Part shown: one piece after another, positions 1-11,165 of the stretch | Numbering within the stretch: the first letter of the stretch is position 1 | How the letters are laid out: the number at the start of each line of letters is the position of its first letter | Assembly (NCBI GenBank): GCA_965217775.1 | Contig: CBDCJH010000002.1 | Span: 5,792,001-5,856,000, forward strand | Direction: 5' to 3' | DNA from: Acidobacteriota bacterium | Lineage (GTDB): Bacteria > Acidobacteriota > UBA6911 > RPQK01 > JAJDTT01 | Length of the DNA: 64,000 nt | Program-made: the position numbers and the translations under genes | The notes under the pieces: model-generated | Database searches by the model: none | Told to the model about the DNA's origin: nothing | Seen by the model: the letters and a program-made list of their open reading frames with translations, nothing else

Positions 1-1348
1 GGGTCCGAGACAGTTCTTCTACTGGTCGGCTCCACCGATTCCCATCGTAAACGGCCACCCGTATGGTCCGTTCGTCCAGAAAGGTCTGCCGCGACCGGTC
101 GACCCAGAAGCCCGAATCCTTACCCCAGTTGGGGCCGGATTCGTTCCAGGCGATCCAGACCCGATCCCGGTCGTCACAGGCGACATCGGCATAGGCCTCG
201 AAGTTTCCGGAGCGAGCCACCGGGACGATTTCCTCCATTCCCTGAGTACCCACCTGGCGCAGGAGAAGGTCGTAGTCGCCCCGTTCGTAGGTATCCCAGA
301 CGACGTGGACACCGCCCCGGGAATCGACGGCGAGAACGGGTTTCCAATCGTTGGCCATCGACTGACTCACTCTTCGTTCCGGACCCCAGACGCCGGATTG
401 CATGGATTTGATAAAGATGTCCGATTGGCCCCGGCGAAATCCCTGCCAAACCAGGTGGACCTCTTCTCCGGGCCCGGGTGCGGATCGAGGGTAGAGGTCG
501 GGATGGGGATCCTCGGTGAGGCGCGTCACCGGGCCCAACACGCCGTCCTGCTCGGAGCGGGCAAAGAGGTCCCAGTTCCCGTCCAGTTGTTGCGACCAGA
601 TCCACGAGAGGCTGCCGTCGCCGGCTCTCACCATCTGAAGGCCGGAGAGGTCCTGACCCCTTGCGATCTCCAGAGAGGGAGACCAGGCTCCGTCGGCCAG
701 AACGCGGCTCAGGATCCGTTGCGCGCCGTCCTTGAATTCGATCCAACCGATCCGGCAACCTCCCTCCGCTACGACCAAGGCGGGGAAATCATCGTAGGTC
801 TGTTCCTGCGTCAGGACCTGGAACAAAGGAACCTGGCTGGCGGCCGCCCGTCCTGCCATGAGGCGGTTTCTCACACCCGGCAACAAGGTGCGGGTGTCGA
901 CCTTGAAGCGACCTTCAATGGTGGACAGAGTCAGTTCCTGCGGTCGATCCGTCATCGCCAGCAGACCTGGCCACTCCAGCCGCGAATAGGCGCTCGTGCT
1001 ACGGAGAGAGTTCCCTCCAACGAACATCTGGTTGCCGGTCGGCTCTTCCCAATAGAGCGGGGTGCGAGGATCATATTTCCGGGTTCGTGCGGTCCAGGAG
1101 AATCCTGGACCCACCGAGGTGTCCCCGCCGGTTCGCCAAGGCAGGATTCGGACCGACCCCGGCTCCGCTTCCAGGCGTCCACTCCAATCGGATGGCCTGG
1201 GATCGTCGAGTCCCAACTCGATCAGGAAGCACTGCTTCCGCGAGGTCAGATCGGACGGCAGCGTCCGGTCTCCTGCCGGCCCGGTTCCGCAGCCGGACAA
1301 GAGGAGGGCTGCGATCAGGAAACCGGCTTTAAGTGTCGTGTGCTTCAA
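1..1348 (-). CDS. Secreted lipoprotein with beta-propeller/BNR-like repeats, 3' end runs off the window
   Basis: Not in the ORF track (no stop in window). Hand translation from TTG at 1348 gives MKHTTLKAGFLIAALLLSGCG (lipobox LSGC), then repeated 'VHLVWQGFRRGQSDIF' and 'VHVVWDTYERGDYDL' blades; frame open to the window edge. Confidence 0.75.
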   Translation of the reverse strand, partial: MKHTTLKAGFLIAALLLSGCGTGPAGDRTLPSDLTSRKQCFLIELGLDDPRPSDWSGRLEAEPGSVRILPWRTGGDTSVGPGFSWTARTRKYDPRTPLYWEEPTGNQMFVGGNSLRSTSAYSRLEWPGLLAMTDRPQELTLSTIEGRFKVDTRTLLPGVRNRLMAGRAAASQVPLFQVLTQEQTYDDFPALVVAEGGCRIGWIEFKDGAQRILSRVLADGAWSPSLEIARGQDLSGLQMVRAGDGSLSWIWSQQLDGNWDLFARSEQDGVLGPVTRLTEDPHPDLYPRSAPGPGEEVHLVWQGFRRGQSDIFIKSMQSGVWGPERRVSQSMANDWKPVLAVDSRGGVHVVWDTYERGDYDLLLRQVGTQGMEEIVPVARSGNFEAYADVACDDRDRVWIAWNESGPNWGKDSGFWVDRSRQTFLDERTIRVAVYDGNRWSRPVEELSRT

Positions 1349-1553
1349 TGGACGAATCTGATTCGACTCCGGGATTCGGGTTCAAAAAGAGCGTAGGCTC
1401 GGTTCCAAGCGCCGGAGAATTGCGTGGCCGCCGCCGAATTATGGCGGGGTACGAGATCTCCGACAGAAAGGTACCACAGGCTCGAAACGTTTTTCGGGCT
1501 GACCTTGGAAGAATAAACGATTAAAATGCTCTGATCCGGGGAGAGCGATTTCC

Positions 1554-2684
1554 GTGAAGAGGCTTTTCGTCGTCCTGATTCTGGGTGCTCTTTTGGCGTG
1601 GGTAGGGCTGCGCCTTTATCGCGAGTTGGCGGTGGAGTCTATGGACGCTCCACAGCGAGGGCCCGCCCTTCTGGTCGAGACCGCCACTGTACGGTCACAC
1701 GCGTTCGAGACCAATCTGGACCTTCTGGGCGAGTTGAGGCCCCAGGCCGTGGTCGAGGTCATGTCCCGGATCAGTGGACGGCTTCAGCAAGTTCTGGCCG
1801 ATCGGGGCGATCCTGTCACCAAAGGGCAGTTGCTGGCCGTCGTCGACGACGTGGATCTCCTGCAGCAGATCCACCGGGCCGAGGCGGCCGTGTCGGTGGC
1901 ATCGGCCGCAGTCACTCGGGAAGAAGCGACCTACCAGAACCTGAAGGTCCAGGTCGCGCGCTACCGTGAGCTCCACGAAGAAAACCTCATCTCGACCCAG
2001 GATCTGGAGGATCTGGTCAGCCGGATGCGGGTTTCGCAGGCGCAGCTGGAACTGGTCAAGGCACAGGTCAGACAGGCGGAGGCCGCGCTGAGCGAGTATA
2101 CGATTCAGCATGACCAGACTCGCATCTACTCTCCGCTGGACGGGTTCGTCGGAGTCCGGCACTTGGAACCGGGGGCATTGGTGAACCCCAGCGTCACCAT
2201 CGTCTCGGTGCTGGAGCTGGAGCGGGTCAAGACGGTGGTTCCGGTCTCGGAAAGCGGGATCAGCAGCATTCGGGTGGGTCTGCCCGCCCGAGTCGTCGTC
2301 GACGTCTATCCCGACCGGGTCTACCAGGGGACCGTCACCCGGATCAGCCCCTTCCTCAATCCGGAGACGCGGAGCGCCGACGTCGAGATCGAGATCATGA
2401 ATCGTGACGGGATGCTGAAGCCGGGGATGTTTGCCCACGCGAGGATCGACGCCAAAATCTCCGAGACGGCGCTCAGCATCCCCCGCTCGGCGTTGCTGAC
2501 CCGCGGCGAGCAGCACGGCGTCTATTTTCTGACCCGGGAACGGACCACGGTGTTTCGGGAGATCGAGATCGGGCGCATCGTGGGCGATGTGGTGGAGGTT
2601 CTGGCCGGCCTGCACGATGGCGCCGAGGTGGTCGCCTCCGGAGCCCAGAACTTGAACGAAGGGGATGCGGTGAGGTCCGAATGA
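1554..2684 (+). CDS. RND efflux periplasmic adaptor (membrane fusion protein)
   Basis: N-terminal TM, lipoyl-like 'VMSRISGRL...GDPVTKGQLLA', coiled coil, 'LKPGMFA'; stop overlaps next ATG. Confidence 0.93.
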   Translation: MKRLFVVLILGALLAWVGLRLYRELAVESMDAPQRGPALLVETATVRSHAFETNLDLLGELRPQAVVEVMSRISGRLQQVLADRGDPVTKGQLLAVVDDVDLLQQIHRAEAAVSVASAAVTREEATYQNLKVQVARYRELHEENLISTQDLEDLVSRMRVSQAQLELVKAQVRQAEAALSEYTIQHDQTRIYSPLDGFVGVRHLEPGALVNPSVTIVSVLELERVKTVVPVSESGISSIRVGLPARVVVDVYPDRVYQGTVTRISPFLNPETRSADVEIEIMNRDGMLKPGMFAHARIDAKISETALSIPRSALLTRGEQHGVYFLTRERTTVFREIEIGRIVGDVVEVLAGLHDGAEVVASGAQNLNEGDAVRSE

Positions 2685-5600
2685 GTCTTCCCGACCTGGC
2701 GATCCGGCGTCCCGTCTTCATCATCGTCGTCTTCCTCATCGTCGCCCTCATGGGCGGGATCTCCTTTCTCAATCTCCCCGTCGACCTGATGCCGGACGTC
2801 ACTTTTCCCACCATCAGCGTGACCACCACCTATCAGGGCGTGGGGCCACGGGAGATCGAGGAACTGATCACCATTCCTCTGGAACGGACCCTGGCCTCCA
2901 CTCCCGGCATCAAGGAAATGACCTCCCGGTCCTCCGAGGGGACCAGCCGCGTGCGGGTCTCGTTCGAGTGGGGAGTGGACCTGGAGGCAGGCGCCGAAGA
3001 ACTCCGCGCCCGGATCGACCGCATTCGTGGACAGTTGCCCGAGGATGCCGATCCTCCGACCTTGTACAAGTACGATCTGAGCATCTTCCCCATCATGTTT
3101 CTGGGAATCTCCAGCGAGTTGCCCCCCAGGGAGTTGCGTGAATTCGCGGAAAAGCAGATCCAGTACCGGTTCGAGAGGATTCCCGGCGTGGCCCAGGCCG
3201 ATATCTGGGGAGGCCTGGAGCGTGAGATCCACGTGGTGATGGACCGGGCCAAGATGCATACCCTCCGCATCAGCCCGGCCCAGGTCATGGCCGCACTGCG
3301 CCGCGAGAATCTGAACGAGCCTGCCGGACACGTCATCGAGGACACGTTCGAAGTGCTGATGCGAACCGAGGGCGAGTACGCCTCGATGGACGAGATCCGG
3401 CGAACCATGGTGACCATCCGGCAGGGTACCCCCATCTACATCGAGGACATCGCCACGGTCGAGGACAGCCATCAGGAAATTCGGCATATGGTGCGGGTCA
3501 ACGACGTCCCGGGCATCAGGATGGGCGTCCGCAAGCAGTCCGGTGCCAACACCGTGCTGGTGGCACGAGAGGTAGACAGGGCCATCGAGAGGATCAATCG
3601 GGACTATCCGCAGGTCCGGGTCTACTCCCTTTACGACACCTCCAAGTTCATCAGCCGGGCGGTGGCCAACGTGCGGGACGCTGCCTTCTATGGTTCGCTC
3701 CTCGCCGTCTTCATTCTCCTGGTGTTCCTGCGCAACTTCCGCAGTGTGCTGGTGGTGGCCATCTCCATCCCCATTTCAGTGCTGGCCGCCTTCGGTTTGA
3801 TGTACTTCAGCGGGTTTACGTTGAACGTGATCACCTTCGGAGGTCTTGCACTGGGGGTCGGCGTGCTCGTGGACAACGCCATCGTCGTGCTGGAGAACAT
3901 CTTCCGGCACCGGCAGGATGGCGAGGAGAAGAAGGCGGCGGCCCGCAACGCAACCAAAGAAGTCGCTCTCGCCATCACTGCGTCGACCCTCACCACCATT
4001 GCCGTATTCCTGCCGGTCGTCTTCATGAGCGGCATGTCCGGTCTCATGTTCCAGCAACTGGCCTGGGTGGTCTCCTTCTCGCTGTTCAGCTCCCTCCTGG
4101 TGTCGCTCACTCTGGTTCCCTTTCTCTCCAGCCGCTTCATTCGCGTCAGGGCACCCGAACGCAAAGGGTGGATCCATGCGATCTCCCGGAAAGGCGAACA
4201 GTGGATGGAAGGATTGGACCGGAGCTATGAGGGCGTTCTCCGCTGGTCCCTGCGGCACCCGATTCTGATCGTTTCCTCCAGCGCCGTGCTGGTTCTGGGC
4301 GGGTTTCTGCTGTTGCCCTTCATCGGTCTCGAGCTGCAGCCGGAGGCGGACGAGGGTCAGGTCCGGGTCCGTCTGGAACTGGCCGAAGGGACCCGCCTGG
4401 AGGTGACGGACCAGTTCGCGCACAAGGCGGAGAGACTGGTGCGGGAGCTGGTTCCAGAACTCGACAACCTCCTGGTGGAGGTCGGTTCGCGCGGAGGTTG
4501 GCGAACGGCCAACACCAATACCGTGACTCTCCGGGTGTACCTGGTTCCGCTGGCGGAGCGGGAGCGGAGCAGCCAGCAGATCGCCGACGCCCTGCGTCCG
4601 GTGTTCGCCAACTTCACGGGAGTCGTCCCCCGTGTCCGCACCAGCGGCGGCAACTATGCCATGCGCTGGGCCACCGAGAGTGAAGGCGATCGCCTCTCCA
4701 TCGACATTCGCGGTCACGACATGAACGAATGTTTCAACCTTGCCGTGCGGATCAAACGGATCATGGAGTCGCTGGAGGGAGTTTCCGACGCCGCCATCAG
4801 CAGGAGCCCGGGCCGGCCCGAAAGTCACATCCGGATCGATCGGGCCAAGGCCGCTACCATGGGTCTCACCGTCTCCAATGTTGCCACCACGGTGCGCGCC
4901 AGCATCGGGGGCAGCGTGGCCGGCTACTTCCGGGAGGGAGGAGACGAGTACGAGATTCTGGTGCGCTATCGGGAAGAGGATCGGCTGAGCAGCGAGGACG
5001 TCCTGGCGATTCCGATCCAGACTCCGGCGGGTTCCGTGTTGCCGCTACGCTCACTGGTGGCTCTGGACCGGAGTGAAGGCCCCAATTCCATCTCCCGGAA
5101 GGATCAGCAGAGAATCGTCTCGGTCTCGGGCAACCTCTCCGGAACCCGCGACATGGGGTCGGTGGTACGCGAGCTGCAACAAGAGGTGCGGCCGCTGGCG
5201 ATGTCTCCGGACATCGCGCTGGTCTTCTCGGGCGAGTGGGAGGAACAGGAGGAGGCCCGATTCCTGTTGCAGATCAGCTTCCTGCTGGCGGTGATCCTGG
5301 TCTATCTGGTGATGGCGGCCCAGTTCGAGTCGTTCAAGTACCCGTTTCTGATCATGTTCTCCATTCCGCTCGCCTTCATCGGAGTGATCCTGGCGTTGTT
5401 TCTGACTCAGACGAACTTCAATCTCCAAGGCTTCATCGGCCTGATCATGTTGGTCGGGATCGTGGTGAACAACGCCATCGTCCTGGTCGACTACGTCCTG
5501 CAGCTCCAACGCCGACACGGTCTGGCGCTGATGGACGCCCTGGTGACGGGAGGCCGCCGCCGGCTTCGTCCGATCCTGATGACCACCCTGACCACGGTCC

Positions 5601-5812
5601 TGGGACTCACTCCCATGGCGATAGGCATCGGCGAAGGCGCCGAGCTTCAGGTCCCGATGGCCCGCGTCCTCATCGGCGGCTTGATCTCTTCCACCTTCAT
5701 GACCCTCTTTCTGATCCCCACCCTGTTTCTCATCCTGGAGCGGCTGTGGAGCTTCCGCCGCCGGGAGACGCCGGATCTGGCCCTGAGCCAACCGTCGAGG
5801 GTGACGGGTTAA
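2681..5812 (+). CDS. RND efflux permease, AcrB/AcrD/AcrF family
   Basis: 1043 aa; 'AIRRPV', '[14 protein letters not shown]', '[12 protein letters not shown]', '[12 protein letters not shown]'. Confidence 0.96.
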   Translation: MSLPDLAIRRPVFIIVVFLIVALMGGISFLNLPVDLMPDVTFPTISVTTTYQGVGPREIEELITIPLERTLASTPGIKEMTSRSSEGTSRVRVSFEWGVDLEAGAEELRARIDRIRGQLPEDADPPTLYKYDLSIFPIMFLGISSELPPRELREFAEKQIQYRFERIPGVAQADIWGGLEREIHVVMDRAKMHTLRISPAQVMAALRRENLNEPAGHVIEDTFEVLMRTEGEYASMDEIRRTMVTIRQGTPIYIEDIATVEDSHQEIRHMVRVNDVPGIRMGVRKQSGANTVLVAREVDRAIERINRDYPQVRVYSLYDTSKFISRAVANVRDAAFYGSLLAVFILLVFLRNFRSVLVVAISIPISVLAAFGLMYFSGFTLNVITFGGLALGVGVLVDNAIVVLENIFRHRQDGEEKKAAARNATKEVALAITASTLTTIAVFLPVVFMSGMSGLMFQQLAWVVSFSLFSSLLVSLTLVPFLSSRFIRVRAPERKGWIHAISRKGEQWMEGLDRSYEGVLRWSLRHPILIVSSSAVLVLGGFLLLPFIGLELQPEADEGQVRVRLELAEGTRLEVTDQFAHKAERLVRELVPELDNLLVEVGSRGGWRTANTNTVTLRVYLVPLAERERSSQQIADALRPVFANFTGVVPRVRTSGGNYAMRWATESEGDRLSIDIRGHDMNECFNLAVRIKRIMESLEGVSDAAISRSPGRPESHIRIDRAKAATMGLTVSNVATTVRASIGGSVAGYFREGGDEYEILVRYREEDRLSSEDVLAIPIQTPAGSVLPLRSLVALDRSEGPNSISRKDQQRIVSVSGNLSGTRDMGSVVRELQQEVRPLAMSPDIALVFSGEWEEQEEARFLLQISFLLAVILVYLVMAAQFESFKYPFLIMFSIPLAFIGVILALFLTQTNFNLQGFIGLIMLVGIVVNNAIVLVDYVLQLQRRHGLALMDALVTGGRRRLRPILMTTLTTVLGLTPMAIGIGEGAELQVPMARVLIGGLISSTFMTLFLIPTLFLILERLWSFRRRETPDLALSQPSRVTG

Positions 5813-5814
5813 TC

Positions 5815-6867
5815 TCACCCGCTCCGAGTTCTCCTCGCCAGTCTGCGGATGGCGGCGGCGGCCTCGTCTACGTCCGACTCGCTGATGTCGAGATAGGTGA
5901 CGGCCCTCAAGAAGGTTCCGGGCGTACTGACCCGGACTCCCTCCTCCTCTTCGAGGCGCCGGGCGAACTCCGTGTGGGAGAGGTCCAGTCCCGAAATCTC
6001 GAACCGCACGATGTTGGTCTCCACGGAGGCCAAGTCGATTTCGAGGCCGGGGATCTCCGCGATCTGCAAGGCCAGCCGGCGGGCATTTTCGTGGTCCTCG
6101 GCCAGACGGGTGACATGGTGGCGAAGCGCATGGATCCCGGCTGCCGCAATGATGCCGGCTTGGCGCATGGCCCCGCCGATACGCTGCTTCCACTGCCACG
6201 CTTCCTCGATGAACTCCCGGCTTCCGGCCAGGACGGCGCCTACCGGAGCGCCCAGACCCTTGCTCAGGTCGATCCAGACGGAATCCAGGGTGGCGGCGTA
6301 GTCGGCGACGTCGATCCCGCTGGCCACCGAGGCGTTGAAGAGCCGGGCGCCGTCCATGTGGGTTCGCAATCCCCACTCGTGAGCGATCCGGCAGACCTCC
6401 CGCAACTGCTCCAGAGGCCAGATGCGCCCGCCCGGGGCGTTGACCGTCTGTTCGATGGAGACGGTCCGCATGGTCGGACGATACCGGCTGGGCGGAGCCA
6501 TCAGGGCTCTCACCTGATCCGGTGTGAACATTCCATTCGGCCCGTCAATGGGATACGCCGTGGCCGCCGCCAGCACCGCCGTCCCTCCCGACTCGGCGAT
6601 GAGAGGGTGGGCGGTCCGGTCCAGAAGGATCACGTCTCCAGGCCGGCAGTGGACCGCCAGGGAAATCTGGTTGCACATGGTTCCCGAAGGGAGAAAGACC
6701 GCATCCTCCTTTCCCAGCATCTCCGCCACCATTGCCTGGAGTTCGTTGACCGAAGGGTCCTCTCCCTTCTGCTCGTCCCCGACCGGGGCGAAACAGGCGA
6801 AACGCCGCATTTCCGGAGTGGGCAGGCTCAAAGTGTCGCTGTAAAGGTCGATCCTGATTTCGGGCAT
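5815..6867 (-). CDS. ltaE: Low-specificity L-threonine aldolase family (PLP-dependent)
   Basis: 'IDLYSDT', 'PSGTMCN', 'HMDGARLFNA', PLP lysine 'LSKGLGAPVG', 'GGAMRQAG'. Confidence 0.88.
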   Translation of the reverse strand: MPEIRIDLYSDTLSLPTPEMRRFACFAPVGDEQKGEDPSVNELQAMVAEMLGKEDAVFLPSGTMCNQISLAVHCRPGDVILLDRTAHPLIAESGGTAVLAAATAYPIDGPNGMFTPDQVRALMAPPSRYRPTMRTVSIEQTVNAPGGRIWPLEQLREVCRIAHEWGLRTHMDGARLFNASVASGIDVADYAATLDSVWIDLSKGLGAPVGAVLAGSREFIEEAWQWKQRIGGAMRQAGIIAAAGIHALRHHVTRLAEDHENARRLALQIAEIPGLEIDLASVETNIVRFEISGLDLSHTEFARRLEEEEGVRVSTPGTFLRAVTYLDISESDVDEAAAAIRRLARRTRSG

Positions 6868-6871
6868 CGGT

Positions 6872-7612
6872 TTACTCCTGATCTTGGTTAATTCCCGTGG
6901 GTATCAGCATTGGCACCCTCTTCCGGTACCGGCGGTAGTCGTCCCCGTGCCGAGTCACCAGATCCCGCTCCTCCAGTGGAATGGCCAGGAGAATGTAGCC
7001 GGTGGCGGCCGCGGAGAACATCAGGTGTCCGGCACTCATCACCGGTGTGGCCCAGAAGGCGATGACCAGGCCCAACATCAGAGGGTGGCGGACGAATCGG
7101 TAGAACCCCGGCGTTCGAAAGCGGTCGGGCCGAGAATCCCGCCGTTTGAATCGAAGGTAGGTCTGGCGCAGGCCGAACAGATCGAAGTGGTCGATCATGG
7201 CGGCGGACAGCACCACGATTCCCCACCCCAACCAGAAAAATCCGGTCAGAAACAGGACTCCGGCTCCATGCTCCACCTGCCAGACCGGCTCGGGAACGGA
7301 CCGCCATTGCCAGAACAACAACAGCAGGACGCCGCTGGTAAAGAGAACGTAGGTGCTTCGCTCCACCGGCTTGGGCACAATCCTGGTCCAGATGGTCTTG
7401 AATCCAGGACGGGCCATGATGCTGTGCTGAAGGGCAAAGAGACCCAGCAGCCCGGCATTGACCGGAACCGCATCGGCCCAGGGAAATGGTGTCCCGGAGT
7501 CGATGCTCTTGGGGACGATCACGTTTCCCAGGAATCCGACGGTGTAGAGAACGGTGGCGAGGGAAACGGCGTAGGCTGCGGCCCCGTAGACAAGCGCTGC
7601 AATTCCGCTCAT
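6872..7612 (-). CDS. mddA: Methanethiol S-methyltransferase (membrane, ICMT-like)
   Basis: 'FALQHSIMARPGFK', 'VERSTYVL', 'HFDLFGLRQ', 'YRFVRHPLMLG', 'EERDL' are typical MddA motifs. Confidence 0.85.
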   Translation of the reverse strand: MSGIAALVYGAAAYAVSLATVLYTVGFLGNVIVPKSIDSGTPFPWADAVPVNAGLLGLFALQHSIMARPGFKTIWTRIVPKPVERSTYVLFTSGVLLLLFWQWRSVPEPVWQVEHGAGVLFLTGFFWLGWGIVVLSAAMIDHFDLFGLRQTYLRFKRRDSRPDRFRTPGFYRFVRHPLMLGLVIAFWATPVMSAGHLMFSAAATGYILLAIPLEERDLVTRHGDDYRRYRKRVPMLIPTGINQDQE

Positions 7613-7738
7613 GAGTGCGCCATTCTACTCTGTGCCGGAATCGAGGGTCATCCGGGGCTGACCAGTCGCTTGACTCGGGTTTGCAAATGCCTCAACGTCG
7701 GCGACGATTCGACTGCTGAACCAATTGGAGATTTAGAC

Positions 7739-9214
7739 ATGCGCGCAGATTCCGGAATCCGGATCAAATTGTTTTCGTGGATTGTCCATGCTGCCCTGCT
7801 TTCCGCTATTGGGCTTCATGCGGAAGTTCAGCGAGATGGGGGCCGGGTGGTTCAGGTCGGGCCGGAATACAATCTGGAAGAGTTGTTCCTTCACGACGAC
7901 TGGATCGTGGAGCGGACTCAGGGCTTGGTGCTGACTCCGGCGAAGGTGCGAAAACATCCGGGGAATCCAATCCTGGTCAAGGATCGCCCCTGGGAAGTGG
8001 GAATCATCAATTACACGTGTGTGCTCCAGGACCGGGAAGAGGGTCTCTTCAAGATGTGGTACCAGATCATCCGGCCCAAGGCGGGGGGCGGCGGAAACGA
8101 GAGCTGGTGCCTCTACGCCACCTCTCCCGACGGGCTGGTCTGGGAAAAGCCGGAACTGGGGATCGTGGAGCACGACGGTTCCACCCGCAACAATATCCTC
8201 TTCTACGAGCATGAGGGAATCCGCGGAACGCCGTCCTACTGGGTGGAGAAGGACTATGCCGCCTCCGATCCTTCCCGCCGCTACAAGATGATGTTGCAGC
8301 GGTGGGACTTTCGTGGGCGCTCCGCCGCCATGGCCCATTCCCCCGACGGCATCCGTTGGACCATTCCCCGCTACGGCAACCGGCTGGGTCCCTTCGATAC
8401 CCGGAACATCTTTTTCTGGGACGACATCGCCGGAGCCTACGTGGGTTACTTTCGGAGTCATGTGGGTGGGCGGCGTTCGATTTCCCGGGCGACCAGTCCC
8501 GACGGCTACCACTGGTCTCGGCCAGTCACGATTCACACACCCGACGAACAGGATTCTCCCACCTGGCACCTTTACACCCCGGGCATCTTCAAGTACGCGG
8601 GGGCGCGTCACGCCTACTTCATGCTCACCGCGGGCTTCGACGAGGTGTCCCACGCCATGTACGGAGAGCTGGGAGTGAGCCGGGACGGTATCGAGTGGCA
8701 TCGTTTCCGCCAGCCCTTTCTGGGAACTGCCCGTAAGGGTGAGTGGGACGGCGGGCACGTCATGCCCATTCCCGCCGATGCGTCCATGGCAGGCGAGACC
8801 GCTCTGTTCTATCAGGGAAGTACCAAGCCTGCCCACGACTCCACGGGGAAACGCGGCATCGGCGTGGCCTTCCTGGGACGCGGCGCTTTCGTCGGCTGGA
8901 GGGCGGCTTCCCAAGGGCAGCTTGTCACTCACCGTCTACGGATTCGGGACAACCGGAGCCGTTTCTACATCAACGCCGATGCCGGGGAAGGATCCATCCG
9001 GGCCGAGCTGCTGGACGATTCGGGGCAGGTCCTGGAGGGGTTCTCGCGAGAAGACTGTCGGCCCATCCAGGGCCGGGGAAGCCGGCTTCCGGTTCATTGG
9101 ACCGGACAGGAGACGCTGAAGCAGCACCTGCGCCGCGGGGCGGTTCGGCTCAAGCTCTACCTGGACCAGGCGACGGTCTACGGCTTCTACTGCAGGCGTC
9201 CGCCGCGCCGGTGA
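7739..9214 (+). CDS. Secreted five-bladed beta-propeller glycoside-hydrolase-like protein (GH32/GH43 clan-like)
   Basis: Start trimmed to ATG 7739 (GGAG upstream, signal peptide follows); 'KHPGNPIL', 'YATSPDGLVWEKP', 'SRDGIEW' blades; C-terminal 'GSIRAELLD' sandwich. Confidence 0.75.
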   Translation: MRADSGIRIKLFSWIVHAALLSAIGLHAEVQRDGGRVVQVGPEYNLEELFLHDDWIVERTQGLVLTPAKVRKHPGNPILVKDRPWEVGIINYTCVLQDREEGLFKMWYQIIRPKAGGGGNESWCLYATSPDGLVWEKPELGIVEHDGSTRNNILFYEHEGIRGTPSYWVEKDYAASDPSRRYKMMLQRWDFRGRSAAMAHSPDGIRWTIPRYGNRLGPFDTRNIFFWDDIAGAYVGYFRSHVGGRRSISRATSPDGYHWSRPVTIHTPDEQDSPTWHLYTPGIFKYAGARHAYFMLTAGFDEVSHAMYGELGVSRDGIEWHRFRQPFLGTARKGEWDGGHVMPIPADASMAGETALFYQGSTKPAHDSTGKRGIGVAFLGRGAFVGWRAASQGQLVTHRLRIRDNRSRFYINADAGEGSIRAELLDDSGQVLEGFSREDCRPIQGRGSRLPVHWTGQETLKQHLRRGAVRLKLYLDQATVYGFYCRRPPRR

Positions 9215-9236
9215 CGGGCGGGGCCGGTACATCCCG

Positions 9237-9400
9237 TAGCAGTCCGTGGTGAAAGTCCCGCGAGCACCGAGACCGTTCCTGCGCCCGCCGGACAAGGCGC
9301 GATTCGGGTGCATACCGGGAGTATGTGCCCGAATCGCAACGCCGTCCGCCGGGATGCAGGGACGGTCGAATGCCGTGATGACTTTTGCCACGGGCTGGTA
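9237..9400 (+). repeat. ~165-bp MITE-like palindromic element, copy 1
   Basis: Ends TAGCAGTCCGTGG...CCACGGGCTGGTA are inverted; internal hairpin GCGATTCGGG-TGCATAC-CGGGA-GTATGTG-CCCGAATCGC; homologous to 21146-21310 and 24091-24256. Confidence 0.85.
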
Positions 9401-9412
9401 GAGGATAGATTC

Positions 9413-11164
9413 ATGAATCGTCGGCGCAAGTGTCTTCTGATCCTGTCGGTCGTGCTTCTGCCCGTGGTTTCCTGCCAGGCTCCAACGGGAACTGAGACGA
9501 CCCTGAGACCGGCGCCCAACTGGCCGCCCCGGATCATCTACAACACCGACGGCAACTGGGCCTTCAACTACTTGACCAACCGCGACACCCGGGACCTGAC
9601 GGTGATTCTGGCCGCACTCCAGGGGACCGCCGTGGACATCGTCACGGTCCTGGTGGGCATCGACGACGATCTCTCCTGGCGCGGGAGTCCACACGGCCAG
9701 CTCTGGGGAGACAACATCGAGGATTGGGACCCGGACGACGACACCGCCGTGGCCTCAGTCGGCGGCATGAGCATGTCCGACGTGGAGCGTCTGCACCAGA
9801 ACCTGGCCGCGGTGGTCGACGACGGCCACGATCTCTTGAAGATCTACATCGACCGGGCTCGGGAATTGGAACTGGGAATGTTCGCTTCCTTCCGCATGAA
9901 CGACGCCCACGTCAATCTCGAGGACCGGGGCTGGTACGGCCGGTCCGCCCAGAAGCTGGAGAGGACCGACCTGCTCCTGGGCCACCCGGTCTGGTGGGGA
10001 GCCGGCCAGGCCGACAAGTGGAACTTTTCCTGGCAGTGGAACTACGCCAAGAAAGAGGTGCGAGACCGCTTTCTGGGCCTTTTCGAGGAAGTTTTGACCC
10101 GCTACGACTTCGATGGATTGGAGTTGGATTTCAGCCGGGGCTATCTCCTGTTTCGAACCGGTGAACGGTTCAAGAACATCCCGACGCTGACCCAATTCAT
10201 GCGCAACGCCAGGGAAATCGTGCGCCGGAAGCAGTTGGAAAAGGGCCGGGAGATCAAGCTCATTACTCGTGTTCCCGTCAGCATCGACGCCGCTCTGGAA
10301 CTGGGTTTCGATCTCGAAACCTGGATCCGGGAAGGGCTCGCGGACGCGGTGATCCTGGGCTCTCCTTCCTATTGCATGCAGCGCATCGACGTCGAAAGGG
10401 CCGTCAAGGCCGCTTCCGAGAGTAGGGTTCTGGTCTACGCCGGATTCGATTCCTCGACCCACGCGACCTCGCCCCAGGGGGGGTACGAGCGAAATCCCGT
10501 GACGGTATTGAGGGCATCGGCATTGAACGGATACAAGCAGGGTGCCGCCGGGGTCCATCTTTTCAACTACGACTATCGAGGTCATCGCCAGCGGCCCGTT
10601 CCGGAAGGCACCGAAGTGGTGGCCAAGTCGGCGGGCACCGGCATGAGGGGCCATTTCACCGCGTCGGATCTTCAGGACCTGAAAGACTTAGGGGATGCCA
10701 TGGCCTTGGAGCGGCTGGACCGCTGCTACTATGCCGAGACTCGCGCCAGGAACTTCCCGGGGGACTACCCGCCGCAGGTGCCGCAGCAATTGTCTCTGGT
10801 GGGCCGGGGTGCCGGATCGGCTCACGCCATTCGGATCCGCGTGGACGACGACATCGGCTCCGGTCGGGCGGATGGGAGAATCCGAAGGACCGAGTTGCGG
10901 CTGCGTCTGACCCACGTGGAGAAGTCGTTCGGCCGTGTCCGCTGCGAAGTCAACGGGAATCGAGTCGATCTGTCCACGGCCGGACGTATCCGGAACCGGA
11001 AGGGAGAAGAGTGGCTGGTGGTGGAGAACCCGCCGGTCCGAAGGGGAGTCAACAGCGTCCTCGTGGTCCTGGAAGGGAAGAAGACCCCGGAGGAGCACAC
11101 CGATCGGTACGCGCCCTGGCCCACCCTCGAGAGCTGCGAGATCATCATCAAGACTGAGTCGTGA
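9413..11164 (+). CDS. Lipoprotein, GHL10-like TIM-barrel glycosyl hydrolase
   Basis: ATG 9413 after GAGG; 'LLPVVSC' lipobox; 'RIIYNTDG', 'SFRMNDAH', 'YDFDGLELDF'. Confidence 0.75.
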   Translation: MNRRRKCLLILSVVLLPVVSCQAPTGTETTLRPAPNWPPRIIYNTDGNWAFNYLTNRDTRDLTVILAALQGTAVDIVTVLVGIDDDLSWRGSPHGQLWGDNIEDWDPDDDTAVASVGGMSMSDVERLHQNLAAVVDDGHDLLKIYIDRARELELGMFASFRMNDAHVNLEDRGWYGRSAQKLERTDLLLGHPVWWGAGQADKWNFSWQWNYAKKEVRDRFLGLFEEVLTRYDFDGLELDFSRGYLLFRTGERFKNIPTLTQFMRNAREIVRRKQLEKGREIKLITRVPVSIDAALELGFDLETWIREGLADAVILGSPSYCMQRIDVERAVKAASESRVLVYAGFDSSTHATSPQGGYERNPVTVLRASALNGYKQGAAGVHLFNYDYRGHRQRPVPEGTEVVAKSAGTGMRGHFTASDLQDLKDLGDAMALERLDRCYYAETRARNFPGDYPPQVPQQLSLVGRGAGSAHAIRIRVDDDIGSGRADGRIRRTELRLRLTHVEKSFGRVRCEVNGNRVDLSTAGRIRNRKGEEWLVVENPPVRRGVNSVLVVLEGKKTPEEHTDRYAPWPTLESCEIIIKTES

Positions 11165-11165
11165 C

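Noticed and set aside
305-1396. 363-aa + strand ORF
   Set aside because: Antisense shadow of the minus-strand lipoprotein, which has a lipobox and repeated blades.
6884-7738. N-terminal extension making a 776-aa ORF
   Set aside because: Mostly antisense to mddA; RBS and signal peptide point to ATG 7739.
9308-9412. N-terminal extension of the GHL10-like ORF
   Set aside because: It is the translated repeat element; the signal peptide starts at 9413.
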